From Camelus ferus (Eukaryota), in assembly GCF_009834535.1 (NCBI RefSeq), contig NC_045720.1:620001-684000 (forward strand): a DNA stretch of 64,000 bases, read 5' to 3'. Position 1 is the first letter of the stretch; each line of letters starts with the position of its first letter. The notes under the pieces were generated by a model that did not search any database, was not told where the DNA came from, and saw only the letters and a program-made list of their open reading frames with translations. This document shows, in pieces, positions 36,801-55,106 of this stretch. Made by a program: the position numbers and the translations under genes.

Positions 36801-37322
36801 GTCCTGAGCCTCACCCCTCTACCGCAGGACGCAATCTTCAGCGCCCTCAGAAGATGGAGGGGGAACTAGGCCGTCTGTTTCCTCAGTCACTTGGGCTTCC
36901 CCGAGCCCCTCAACCAGCCAGCTCCAGTCTCCCCAACCCGATTCAGGTGGGCAAGGGACTGGGCAGGGTGGGCCCAGGCGGCTCTGGGCATTGGAAGGAA
37001 GGGGTCAGCAGCACTGTCCTCACCTCTCTAGCCCAGCTGGTCCTGCCCTTCCTGCACTTTCATCAACGCCCCAAGCCGGCATGGCTGTGAGATGTGTAGC
37101 ACCCAGAGGCCTCGTGCTTGGGAGCCCTTTCCCACAGCCTCCACCCAGCAGCTACCAAAGGTACCAGAGGCAGGGAGGGAACAGGGGTGGGCAGTGGCAG
37201 AACAAGCAGAATGACCCATCTCTTCCCCCCCCCCCAAGGTGACAAGGAGAGAGGATGGCCCCTCCCTTCCAGGCCCGAGCTCCCTGGACCCCGTCCTGAA
37301 CCTTTCAGGGAACCTCTGCTGA
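33548..37322 (+). CDS. SHARPIN: SHARPIN (LUBAC subunit; PH, UBL, NZF domains), 409 aa, 9 exons
   Basis: Exons 33548-33745, 34042-34216, 35997-36134, 36210-36351, 36437-36527, 36596-36749, 36828-36946, 37032-37160, 37239-37322 (1230 nt). [29 protein letters not shown] at 37376-37381. Confidence 0.95.
33830..33965. mobile_element. MIR remnant in SHARPIN intron 1
   Basis: ctgtttcttcggctgtaaaatggggacaat...ctactgtgagg MIR core. Confidence 0.7.
34500..35460. mobile_element. L2 remnants in SHARPIN intron 2
   Basis: ttcattcattcatttg tail followed by ctctcttggagcttgtatttctagaggggg, typical of the L2 3' end. Confidence 0.6.
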
Positions 37323-38418
37323 CTGCTCACAAGGGACAAAGCCAGGGCTGGGGGGAGGGGCCATGAGCTGGAGTCATTAAAGACATTTCTGAGCCAGCTG
37401 GGTGCCCCTTCACGTGCCTTTGTGCAGACTGGGCTGCTGGGAGGGTGGAGGGCAGGGCACAGTCCCTCAGTGGAACTTGGCAGAGGTTGGGGGAGCTGCC
37501 CAGGTGGCCACTGGAGCACACTTGGACCACAAATCCCAGGGGTCCTCGGAGCATGGCAGTGAAATCTCCCAGGCCCCGAGGGCTTGCAGGGCACTGCCAG
37601 GCTGCTAACCACTGGGCTTGGGCCCTCTGCACCTCATCCAGTCCTTGGGAGACCATGCCTCCTATTCCAAGCAGAGCCTTTCCAGTACACACCCTCCACC
37701 TTTTCCCTGCTCAGCCCTTGCCTTCCCCACGGGCCCCTCCTCCTCTAGGCCACTCTGTCCAGGCTGTCCCTTATAGTCGCCTCTTGGGGACAAAAGCTCA
37801 GAAGCTAAGAGCCCTGAGCCAGGGTCCTCCTGCCACTGATGGGTCCACGGCTGAGCGAACCTGGCCACTGTCTGGCTGTATGGCCTGGACCTACCTCTAG
37901 TTGTCAAGCCAAGAGACCAGGAGCACATTCTAAGAGGCCTCTGGCCGCCTATCTCTGCCTCCCCTCCTCTCCTCGCCACCACCCAGCCCTGCCAGCCCCC
38001 TTGCCCCAGAAACTGCTCCTGCAGCTGGTACTTTAGACCAGGCCCCCCCTGCTGAAATGCAACTGAGGGGTCCTTGCTGCCCTCAGGATGAAGGCTAAGT
38101 GGTCTGATACACTGACATTGGCTGGTTTCTCCAGCAGGTTCCTGGGCCCTTGGACTATGTCCAGTCAAGCCAGGCCCTTTTCACCTGAGACCAGGTACTC
38201 TCCGCTCCAACGAATGCTGCTGCTTCTCTAACAGCTAGTTCTCTGCCTCCTGTCCCACATCCAGTACTGACTGGACTCCCAGCCATGGTCCGTGCAGTGT
38301 GCAGGGTAATGCTGGCCACACAGCACAGCACACTACTGGGAGCTCTGAGGGCAAGGGTCCCCTGCACACCTGTACTCCCATCATACAGTAGCTGAAATGT
38401 GTATGTTGAGAAACTTAA

Positions 38419-38424
38419 TTTATT
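38419..38424 (-). terminator. AATAAA polyadenylation signal of CYC1
   Basis: tttatt on plus, ~180 nt after the CYC1 stop. Confidence 0.75.
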
Positions 38425-38600
38425 TCCATGATGGGTGCTGAACAACCTGGAGCTAGAACCCTGTCTCCTGCCCCTTCTCCTCTTGTCCCAGAAGAAGAGG
38501 GGCTTGGCCAAGAGGGCCAGCTGAGGCCTGAATAGGCCCAGGGTGGCTCCTTGGCTTGAGGACCCGTTCAGGCAGGACAGCAAGCAGAGACACCGGGCAG

Positions 38601-40865
<2,265 letters not shown>

Positions 40866-42839
40866 CTTGGCCCTCTTCAGCGCAGCCCCCACTCCCGTCG
40901 GCCTCTGCGGCGCCAAGGGAGCTGAAACGTCGCGAGAGCCGGCAGCGTGGGACGGGGCGGGGTCGGTCCCTGTCAGGCCGTGCGCTGCCTCACCTCGGTT
41001 CCCCGGTCGTCATGGAAACGGCGCCCGTTGCCGCGACAATGCCTGGCTACCCTGGTTTCCCAGGGCCGCCTCTGGTCTCCGCCGCCCCGCGGTGCTGCGC
41101 CCTCGCCGCGGACGCCCCCAACGGAATCCACCGCATCTTGGAAGCCATCGCACGCTTTCGTGCAGTAGTATTTCGAGACCTGGCGCGGCGGCGGGACACC
41201 TGCACTGCAACAATTTTCGTTGTCTAACTAACCCGGTTTTCTGATGACCCCGGCAGGCCCCACTTGCAGAGCTGACTCAGCTTACCCACGGCTATTAGCC
41301 TATTCCCTGGGAATGTTTGTTGAAGGCAATTACAGGCAAGTGTAATTTCAAAGCTGCCGGAGGCAATGGATAACCGCTGGGGTAAATAATAGACTAATCA
41401 AAAAGCTTAAAAGGAAGAAATGGGAACCACAGTGTGCACAGGGGCGTTGAAAAGCCGGACCAGGTGTTTCTGAAATATATATGGTCACAAACTGAGCAGG
41501 ACTGTGCACATGCTCATGAAAGACCTGAAAAGCCCTAAGTGCTCGCTTCCGGAGGGAAATGAAGCCTAAAGCAGAGTTGTAAACCGTCTGGCTGAATTCT
41601 GAAAGCATGCCCCACATGCACACAGAGCTACTTGGGAAAGACTGGGAGATGTCTTGCTTCCAAGCACTTAGGGAAATTTCTGTCCAATCATTAACTGACC
41701 ACTAAACTAACCAGGTAGAGACTTCAGTGGCTACCCATGACAGATAAAAGACTTGACAGAATTAGTTCAGAAAAGGCACTACATAAATGTCACTACCACA
41801 GCAACAACAGCAACAAAAGATGGAGTCTGATTTCCAGAATTGCCACATTATATCGTTTAAAATGTCTAGTTCTCAGAAAAAAATTCTGAGACATGCAAAG
41901 AAACAAGAAATTCTGGCCTATAAATAGGGAAATAAAAACCAATCAACAGGAAATATCCCTGGGGAAGCTTAGCAATTTAAATGTATTCAAAGAACTAAAG
42001 GAAAGTATGAGAATAGTATCTCATCAAATAGAGAATGTCAATTACAATAAATTATAAAAAGGAACCAAACAGAAATTATAGAGTTGAAATGTGCATAACG
42101 GAAATGAAAATTTTTACTGGAGGGGCTCTATTGCAGATTTGAGTAGGTAGAAGAAAGAATTAGCAAACTTGAAGTTAGATCAATTAAGATTGTCTGGTCT
42201 GCAGAACAGAAAGAAAAAAATTGGAGAAAAATTAACAGAGTCTCGGAGACTTGTGGGACACCATTAAGCATACCAGGCTATATTAATTCTCAGGAGCAGA
42301 GGAGAAAGAAAAAGGAGCAGAAAGAATTTTTGAAGAAATTGTGACTGAAAACTTTCCAAAGTTGATGAAAAACATGGATCTACACATCCAGGAAGTTAAA
42401 GAACTCCAAGCAGAATAAAGTAAAAGAGATCCACACCTGGACACATCATAAATTGTTGAAAACCAAAGAAAAAGAATCTTGAAAGCAGCAAGAGAGAATG
42501 TTGACTCTTCATATATAAGTGGTCCTCAATAAAATTAGCAGAAGATTTCATATCAGAAACCATTGAAGCCAGAAGGCAGTGGTATGACATATTTCAAATG
42601 CTAAAAGAATAAACTTGCCAACCAAGAATTCTGTATCTGGAAAATCATATCTCACAAACAAGGGAGCAATTAAGATACTTCCAGATAAACTGAGAGAGTT
42701 TGTCATAAAACACCCTGTCCTCCAAGAAATACTAAATGGAGCCCTCAAGCTGAAATGAAAGGATACTAGACAGTAACTCAAATTCACGTGAAGAAATAAA
42801 AGCACCAGGATAGGTAAACACATAGACAAATATAAATGC

Positions 42840-42840
<1 letters not shown>

Positions 42841-42887
<47 letters not shown>

Positions 42888-42972
42888 TCTTTGATAGAGA
42901 TACTGGGGATTGAGCCCAGGACCTTGTGCATGCTAAACATGCACTCTACCACTTGAGCTATAACCTTCCCCC
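42841..42972 (-). mobile_element. Vic-1-like SINE with an (ATTT)n microsatellite tail
   Basis: Reverse complement ggggaaggttatagctcaagtggtagagtgcatg...gggctcaatcccc. TSD ataaat(g/a)ca. Confidence 0.9.
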
Positions 42973-43159
42973 ATAAATACATTTTTTTTGGTAACTTTTT
43001 TTTTTTCTCTCTGATCTAAAAACCCCTGTATAAAGCAATAATTATAAATCTATGTAGATAGACACAGAATATATGAGATGGAATTTTTGGCAATAACAGC
43101 ATAAAGAAGAGGGAAACAAACAAAAAGAGGGAAACAGCTATGAAGGAGCAACATCTTTT

Positions 43160-43405
43160 TTTATATTAATTTTTTTATTTTTTAACATTTTTTATTGAGT
43201 TATAGTCATTTTACAATGTTGTGTCAAATTCCAGTGTAGAGCACAACTTTTCAGTTATACATGAACATACATATATTCATCATCACATTTTTTTTCCACT
43301 GTGAGCTACCACAAGGTGTTGTATATATTTCCCTGTGCTATACAATATAAGCTTGTTTATCTATTCTACATTTTGAAATCCCAATCTGTCCCTTCCCACC
43401 CCCCA
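43160..43405 (-). mobile_element. Young 5'-truncated camelid-type L1 3' end
   Basis: Poly-T head, ttttattgagttatagtcattttacaatgttgtgtcaaattcc. 13-bp TSD agcaacatctttt (43147-43159, 43406-43418). Confidence 0.85.
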
Positions 43406-44347
43406 AGCAACATCTTTTAATACAATTAAAATTAATGTAACACTAATCTGAAGCAGACTGTTACAAATTAAGATGTCAGTTGTAATCCCAGGGGCAATCA
43501 CTAAGAAAATAACTCATAAAGTGTAGTCAAAGAAATGACAAAGGAATTTAAATGGTACACTGGAAAATAACTACCTAATACAAAAGAAAGACAACAATGA
43601 AGAAATTGGGGGGGAAAAGACATAAGACATAGAGCAAATATCAAGATAGCAGATATAAATTGTACTATATTATTAATTATATTAAATGTAAATGGATTAA
43701 GATCTCCAGTTAAAGGGCAGGGACTGGCATAATGGATTTTTTTTAAAGTCATGATTCAACTATATAATGTCTATAAGAAACACATTTTATACTCAAAGAC
43801 ACAAATAGGTAGAAAGTTAAAAACCTGGAAGAAGATACACCATACCAACAGTAACTGAGAGAGCTATTGGGACTGTATTAATATTAAACAATATAAACTT
43901 TCAGACAAACATTGATACTAGAGTAAAAGAAGGACATTTTATAATGAAAAAAGGATCAATTCACCAAGAAGACATACCAGCTATAAAGATACATTTGCCC
44001 AACAAAGCCCCAAAATACATGAAGCAAAACTGGACAGAATTGAAGGGAGAAACGGAAAATTTACCATGACAGTTGGAGATGTCAATACCCCACTTTCAGT
44101 AATGGATAGCACAACTAGACAGAAGATCAGCAAGGAAAGAGAAGACCTGAACAACACAATAAGCCAACTAGACCTAACAGACATCAATGGAACAGTCCAC
44201 CCAACAACAGAAGAGTGCANNNNNNNNNNNNNNNNNNNNNNNNNNNNNNNNNNNNNNNNNNNNNNNNNNNNNNNNNNNNNNNNNNNNNNNNNNNNNNNNN
44301 NNNNNNNNNNNNNNNNNNNNNNNNNNNNNNNNNNNNNNNNNNNNNNN

Positions 44348-44660
44348 CAGATATAGAGAACAAACTTATGGTTACCATTAGGGAGGAGGAAGGGAGGGGA
44401 TCAATTGGGAGTTAGAGATTTGTAGATACTAACTGACATATATAGAATAGATAACAAGTTCATGTTGTATAGCATAGGGAACTATATTTGATATAGTAAC
44501 TATAAAGAATATGAAAAAGAAATGAAAACAAAAATACGTATGTTCATGTATGACCGAAGCATTATGCTGTACAGCAGAAATTGACACATTGTTAACTGAC
44601 TATACTTCAATAAAAAATATATATATACCAAAAAAATATATATATACAACAAAAAAGAAG
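44348..44660 (+). mobile_element. Young L1 3' end after an assembly gap
   Basis: gagaacaaacttatggttacc...aactgactatacttcaataaaaaa tail. Preceded by N gap 44220-44347. Confidence 0.8.
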
Positions 44661-45790
44661 TCAATAACAGCAGAGTTGGGAAATTCACAAATATGTGAGT
44701 ATTAAATAACATACTCCTAAACAATTAGTCAAAGAAGAAATCACAGAGAAAATTTAAACATATTTTGAGGTGAATGAAAACAAAAACACAACATACTGAA
44801 ACTTACCACCATCAAAAGATGTGATAAGAGGGAAATTTGGGGCTTTAAATGACTGTATGTTTTGAAAAAGTAAGATCTTAAATCAATAACCTAACATAGG
44901 ATTAGAGCAGAAACAACTGAAAAACAGTAAAGTTCAACTAATCCGAAAGTTGGTTATTTAAAAAGATTAACAAAAATGACACACATTTAGCTTGACTCAT
45001 TAAGATAAAAAGAGAAGACTCAAATTACTAAAATTAAAAATGAAAAAGGTGATATTACTACCAATCTTACTGAAATAAAAATGATTATAAGGGAACACTA
45101 TAAATAATTTATGCCCCCAAATTAGATAACCTATATGAAATGGCTAAATTCCTAGAAAGACACAAATTGTCGAAACTGACTCAAAAAGAAGTAGAAAATC
45201 TAAGTAGACCTATAACAAGTAAACAAACTGAATCAGTAATTTAAAAATACCCAAAAACTTCCCACAAAGAAAAACCCAGGGTGAGATGGCTTCACTGGTG
45301 AATTCTACCAAAATTAAAGAAGAATTAACATGAATCCTTCACAAATGCTTCCAAAAAGTATAAGATAAGGGAATAATTCCCAACACATTATTTGAGATCA
45401 CTATTACCCTGATACCAAATCTAGACAAAACATTGTAAGAAAAATCTACAGGCCAATAGTCTATATGAATATAGATACAAAAATCCTCAACAATCATTAA
45501 CAGACTCAACCCAATGCTTACAAAATGACAGTGGGATCTATCCTAGGAATGTAAAGATAAATCAATCAATATAAACAATTAATGTAAAAATCAATCAACA
45601 TGACATGTAATATTAATACAGGGAAAAGGACCACATGATCATTGCAACAGACACAGAAAAAGCATTTGACAAAATCCAACACATTTTCATGACAAAAACC
45701 ACAACAAATGAGGAATACAGGGGAATTTCCTTAACCTGATAAAGGACATTGGCGAAAACATCACAGCTAATTTCACATTCAATGGTGAAA

Positions 45791-45920
45791 GGGGGAGGGT
45801 GTAGCTCACTGGTAGAGTGCATGCCTAGAGTGCACAAGGTCCTGAGTTCAATCCCTAGTGGCTCCATCAAGAGATAAATAAAATCTAGTTACCTCCCCCC
45901 CAAAATTAAAAAAAAAAAAA
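45791..45920 (+). mobile_element. Vic-1-like SINE
   Basis: tagctcactggtagagtgcatg...gagttcaatccc, poly-A tail. TSD tca(a/g)tggtgaa. Confidence 0.85.
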
Positions 45921-46112
45921 TCAGTGGTGAACAACTAGATTTTCCATTAAGATCAGGAGAAAGGCCAGGATGTTGGCTCTTGCCACCTCTATTCAGTATT
46001 ATATAGGAGGGTCGACCCAGGGCAGTTAGGCAGGAACATGAAATAAAAGGCATCTAAATTTGAAATAAATAAATAAAACTATCTCTAGTTGCAGGTAACA
46101 TGAATACGTACA

Positions 46113-46328
46113 CAGTTGACCCATGAACAGCACAGCTTTTAACTACACAGATTCACTTACACTGGGATTTTTTCACTATATACGCACTGCAGCACCACAC
46201 TGCCTGCAGTTAGCTGAGTGTGGGAATGTGGAACTGCAGATACGGAGGGCCGACTGTAGCATTACATGTCAATTCCAACTACGCAGAGGGTTGGCCCCCC
46301 AACCCCTGCGTTGTTCAAGGGTCAACTG
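46113..46328. mobile_element. Tigger-family MITE (MER8/Tigger2-like)
   Basis: Terminal inverted repeats cagttgacccatgaaca ... tgttcaagggtcaactg. Confidence 0.75.
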
Positions 46329-46609
46329 TGAAATCCTAAAAAACATATACAAACTATTAGAGGTAATAAATGACTTCATCAAGTTTGATTGAAGATCAAT
46401 ATACAGAAATCTGTTGTGTTTCTGTACCCTAGCAATAAACAATCAGAAAGTGAAATTAAGAAGCTAGTTTATGATAGCATCAAAAAGTTAAACACTTAGG
46501 AATAAATTTAATAAGTAAGTGCAACATTTGTACACTGAAAATTACAAACCGTTACTGAAAGAGATTAAAGACCTAAATAAACGTAAAGACATCCTGTGTG
46601 AGAGGTTAA

Positions 46610-47172
46610 TACCTCCCATATTGAGTAGTGTGATGAAATCTTGCACCCTCCCCTCCGACTTGCCTGGGACGTGACTCATCTCTTTGTCCGGGGACCCCAC
46701 CTGTTAGTCACTTAGCAGCCATGTGGGTGGGATATCAGATCTGCTGTGGAGGCATCACAGTGCTTGTGTTCAAGTGGCCCTTTACTCAGTAACAGCCACG
46801 CAGTGCGAGAGTCATGACGCTTACAATTCAGAGACACCAAAGAGAAGCTGTAAAATGCTTCCCTTAAGTGAAAAGGTGAAAGTCCTCAATTTGATGAGGA
46901 AAGAAAAAAATCATACGCTGAGGTTAAGATCTACAGTAAGAACCAATCTTCTATTCATAAAATTGTGAAGGAAAGAGAAATTTGTGACAGTTTTGCTGTC
47001 ACACCCTGAACTGCAAAAGTTCTGGCCAGTGTGTGATAAGTACTTAGTTAAGATGGAAAAGGCATTAAATTTGTGGGTAGAAGGCACGAACAGACAGTGG
47101 AATTCTGCACTGTCCAGGGTTTCAGGCATCCACTGGTTGTCCTGGAACAGAGGCCCCACAGATAAGGGGTAG
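46610..47172 (+). mobile_element. Tigger3/Golem-like DNA transposon fragment
   Basis: Broken pogo-type transposase N-terminus PKRSCKMLPLSEKVKVLNLMRKEK and DKYLVKMEKALNLWVE in ORFs 46723-46968 and 46984-47172. Confidence 0.8.
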
Positions 47173-48149
47173 AATGTTCTGTATGAATCCATCCATATGT
47201 AAGTCCAGATCAGGCAAGTCTAGAGAGGCAGAACATAGATTGATGGTGAGGGGGCAGGAAGGGGAGGGGGCAGTGGCACAGGGTTTCTTTTTGGGGCAAT
47301 TAAAAATGTTCTGAAGAACAAGGCAGGAGTTGGCTGTGCAGGCTTTGGAGACCAAAGTAAGGAGCTTTGATTTCATCCTGGAGGCGATGCGCACCCCCTG
47401 AAGAGAGACAAGGTGGACCCCAGGTCCAGGATTGGGTGAGGGCACCAGGGGAGGAGATGCAGGCAGCGTGGGAGGTGCTCAGGTTGGGAAGTGATTACTT
47501 AGAGGTGACCATGGCATGTCCAGGTGGTGAAGGTGACAGGACGTGTCCTCAGAAGAGGGGCTGGGATGGGGATAGGACCTCAGTGTGGGCATGAAGGCAG
47601 CTAGAGTCTGCAGGAGCAGCTCACAGGTAAGGACACCCAGAGCACCCCAGTGCCTTTGACCTTGAAGGCTCAGGTGGAATGGGGTGACTTGCAGAGTGTT
47701 TGAGACAGGCACAGAGGAAACCAGGACCCCCTGCAAATTGCAGGAGGGCCTGGTCATGGGGAGGCTGCTGGGTGTCTTGAGGTAGGTAGAGGCAGCCTGC
47801 CTGGCTCAGGACCTCCCCAGGCCTCCACCCTCAACCTCCTGAGCCCTCACCCTGTGTCACAAGCCTTCAGAGCTTCTTTCTGGACTGCAGGAGGGCTCCC
47901 TCTGAGTCTCTCCTTCTTTCATTCAGCAAATACATGGGAATATTCTACTGTGTCCCTGGCTCTGTGCTGGAAAAGAGGCGGGAAGTAAGACAAAGTCCCT
48001 GCCCGCAGAGCTCCTATTCTGGGGTGTGGGAGGCAAGCAACAAAGGAATGAGTGCTTACTACTCAGTACTGATTCTCAGCAACAGGTACACACACACTTC
48101 TAAATACATCCCGCTGACGACTGCCTAAGAGTCCGCAGGGGAGTCCCTC

Positions 48150-48510
48150 TTGCTGAACTAGATAGGACTGTCAGAAAACTCCAAATAACAATGCCTTAAA
48201 CAAAGGAGAAATCTGTTTCTCTTTCTCGTAGATGAAGCCCAGTTTGGCAACCCGGGGTTGCCGTGTGGCTCTGGATGGTCAGGGAACCCCCCTGGCCTCC
48301 CTCCATCCTTAACATGGACCGTAGCTCAGACGCACTTCACATTCCCATGGGCAGGAGAGAGAAGGGGGCTCGGAGGGTCATTCTCCGTCCGAAGTCTCTA
48401 CAAAGAATTCACCGCAGAAGCTTCTGCCACAGCCACACGACCACACCTAGCTGCAAGGAATCTGGGAGTGTCTTTATTTGGGGTAACCTGTGCTCATGTC
48501 AAAATAGGGG
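48150..48510 (-). mobile_element. Ancient MaLR (MLT1-type) LTR remnant
   Basis: aaaactccaaataacaatgccttaaacaaagg...cacacctagctgcaaggaatctgggagtgt pattern. Confidence 0.55.
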
Positions 48511-48538
48511 TCTGGGAAAGAAAAGGATAAAAAAAGAA

Positions 48539-48640
48539 GGGGAAGGTATAGCTCAGTAGTAGAGCACGTGCTTAGTATGCACGAAGTCCTGGGTTCAATC
48601 CCCAGTACCTCCATCAAAAAAATAGAAAAAAGAAAAAAAA
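48539..48640 (+). mobile_element. Vic-1-like SINE
   Basis: ggggaaggtatagctcagtagtagagcacgtgcttag...gggttcaatccccagtacctcc plus A tail. Confidence 0.9.
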
Positions 48641-50461
48641 ATCAGGGTTCTTTGACTAAGAAGGGACATGGGGGCCAGAAGCAGACACCCCCCAGGGTAA
48701 AGCCTTAGGACCTTATTCTTGTTCCTTGTACATCTGATCTACATCTTCCCAGCCCGGCCCTTTCCTCCTTTTAAATGTGTTGCACAAGTGACATCAATGA
48801 AAATCCGAGCAGAAATCCTGCTTCTCGGACAAAGCAGTTTCAGAACTCCCAGAGCTCCCCTTCCCGTCTGCTGTAGAGACAGAATTCTACGCAGGCGAGT
48901 ACAGGACAACTGATGATTCTGTAGCTTTTGTCCCCTCTTGTATGTTTCATGACAGCATCTATCTTTGTGGTTTGTGTTTTAAGTGACTGGCTAGGTTCAG
49001 TTAAAAATGGCTGATTGAGGCCGAAGCCTGGCTCAAATGCCTGGAGGGGATTTTGTATTAAACACCAGTCCACAAAGAGACAACAGGAGACCCCAGCAGA
49101 GCAGAGGTCTCTACGTGTCTTGGAAGACAGGAGCCCACAGAGGGGTGGTGCCTGACTTATCAGGGGAGAATCCAGAGAGAAGCCAGCCTGGGAGGAGCTT
49201 CTGGAGGTGCTGGGGGTGGGGGCTGCAAGTCTTTCCTCAGCCTCAGGAGCTGGAAAGTTTGTTCAACAGAGGAAGTGACTACAGGCTCCACCAGACCTTG
49301 AGGACAGCAGGTCAGACAGGCTGCTGGTCACAGCGGGGTCTCCTGCTCCACCCCCTCCCCGGCAGTGCTGGACACAGTGCACATGCCCCTTCAACAGAGG
49401 CCAGCAGTGACTTCTCTGAGGCCCCAGAGGAAACCTGCCCAGGTGCTGGCCCTCCCCGCTGTGTGCAGCCAGGGAGCACACAGAAGATGAACCTCTCTAC
49501 AGATGCAGGCCTGGGCAGGGGTCTAGGGGCTGAAGTTTCCTTCTGGGGCTTTCCCAGTCCACCCTCTTCCAAGACATGGTCCTAAAGGGGCACTGGTCCT
49601 GAGCTGATGCTCTAGGCAGTGCCTCTCTGCCTCCCTCTCGCACTGAGGCCTCTGCTCTCGCTGCCCTGGGGAACACCTTGGTCCTCTCGTGAGCAGAGGC
49701 CTCTTGGCCTGATATGGCCCTGCCATCACCAAAAGGCTGCACTTTTGCTTGTCTTCCCTCCAGAATGGATGCTGGACACCCCAGTTCCCTTCAGAGGTTT
49801 TGGTACAATCAGTGGCTTCTCCATGTACCAGCCTGTCAGTGCCCTCCCAGTGGGGGCTTGAGTGGTCCCTGTCCTGGGGCCTGTTTGCTCTGGGTGGTGC
49901 TGGATGGATTCTGCTGCCCCACCTCTGCCTCACCTCTCTTGGGCACCTGACCTGGGCTGGTTCATCTCTCAGGAAGCTGGGCTGGTGTTCCTCCCGGCTC
50001 CATCCCAAGCCCCCATCGAGGTTCTGGCCATCACTGGGCCACCACTCTCCATACCCAGGGCCTCCTCTGCAGGGACCTAGCTCCAGACCCTTTGCCCTGT
50101 TAACTCCAGCGCTGGACGGTGCTTTGCGATCTCCAGATGCCTCAGCTCCCGTCAGGCCCCCCGAGCCCCGCCTGATCTATCTCCTCAGGCACAGCTCTGG
50201 ACCACGGTGTGCAGAGATCGCCAAGGTTGGAGTGTGCACTTGGGGCTGGGCCAGGTCTGCACGTGCCAATTCCATATCCCAAGTGTCCATCCAAGGCTCT
50301 CCACCCAAGGCAGATGCAGCTGGGGCCTCACTCCTGCTGCCCAGTAAGCGGACCAGGAAGGTGAGCAGGTGCCAAGCACTGCAGGCAGAGCTTCCTGGGG
50401 CCCCACGTGAACAGCACACAGCAGGCCAGGAGCCCAGAGGGCAGCTGAAACAAAATGCCTG

Positions 50462-50467
50462 TTTATT
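50462..50467 (-). terminator. AATAAA polyadenylation signal of GPAA1
   Basis: tttatt on plus, ~50 nt after the stop. Confidence 0.8.
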
Positions 50468-50515
50468 TCCCAGAAGGAGAGAATAGGGGCGCCTGGGGAG
50501 TTTCCCCTATTGTCA

Positions 50516-54200
<3,685 letters not shown>

Positions 54201-55078
54201 GCCCCATTTCTGTGGATGTCGGTCACCAAAAACAGCAGTGGGTGCCTGAGTGGAAATAACAGCATGTCCCCAGAACCGAGGTCATTGGGGTCAAATGACC
54301 ACAGGGAGGAAGGTGTATATGATACTACTGGCCAAAAGGGGTTTCAGAGGAGCTGGGGTGTGTGGAGTATAAAGTGGGGGAGCACTCTTGTCCCAGCCAG
54401 GAGGCGCTTGGGATATTAGGGGAGAAGCAGCTCCTGGGTTCAGGCTGCAAGGGCTGGTGGTCAGAGCTCAGGCAGGTCCAAGGGCAGGAGGTGGAAGAAG
54501 GGGGTCTGCTGAAGAGGACAGTGCAGTGGTGGGTAGGGGGTCATGTCTGTGTCTGAGGAAGGATGAAAGCTGAGAAGACTCCAGGCGAGATCATGTGTCT
54601 CTTGTACTTTTGGAGCCCAGGGTAAGTAGCAGCAGAGGCCCAAGGAGTTCCTAGGGGGGAAAGGGACCGTTCTGTCCAAGCCATAATCCAAAGGATGTAA
54701 GATGTGGCCCCCTCAACGTCTCCATGGTGGGTACCTATAGCCAGCTGAGTTCTCCCTCAGCTCTTGTGCTCTGGGCCCTGGATGTGCTGGGGTGAGAATG
54801 ACAGATTCCACAGTATAAGGGCTTGGCTCATTATACCAGGCCATGTCTCACTGGTCAGCTGCTGTGACCCCTTCCTGGCACAAGCTGCTCCTCACCCAGG
54901 GACATCCTGCCTTCTTCAGGGTTTCGGTCATGAGGCTATAAGGAGTATGTATAGTTCATGTGGGGTGGGGAGGGTGGGAGGAGCATCCTTAGACACCCCT
55001 GGAGCCAGCACCAGGTCAGGCTCTTGAGGGTATGGAAGCGCTGTGGGGAGATCAACAAACAGTGGACTGTATGTGGGT

Positions 55079-55084
55079 TTTATT
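55079..55084 (-). terminator. AATAAA polyadenylation signal of EXOSC4
   Basis: tttatt on plus, ~25 nt after the stop. Confidence 0.8.
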
Positions 55085-55106
55085 CTGGGCATGGGTGGCC
55101 ATGGGC

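Larger units (their letters stand above)
41300..46600 (+). mobile_element. Old LINE-1 (L1M-type; 5' region, ORF1 and ORF2 remnants) with nested younger elements
   Basis: A-rich. ORF1-like gaagccagaaggcagtgg..atatttcaaatgctaaaaga (~42565) and endonuclease-like acagttggagatgtcaataccccactttcagtaatggatag (~44070). Many stops. Confidence 0.85.

Noticed and set aside
37311-37322. SHARPIN C-terminal Cys as a prenylation signal
   Set aside because: The end is GNLC*, with Cys last rather than fourth from last. It is not a CaaX, CC or CxC motif.
42839-42888. (ATTT)n array or other repeats as a CRISPR-like array
   Set aside because: Simple microsatellite tail of a SINE in a eukaryotic genome; no repeat-spacer structure anywhere in the window.
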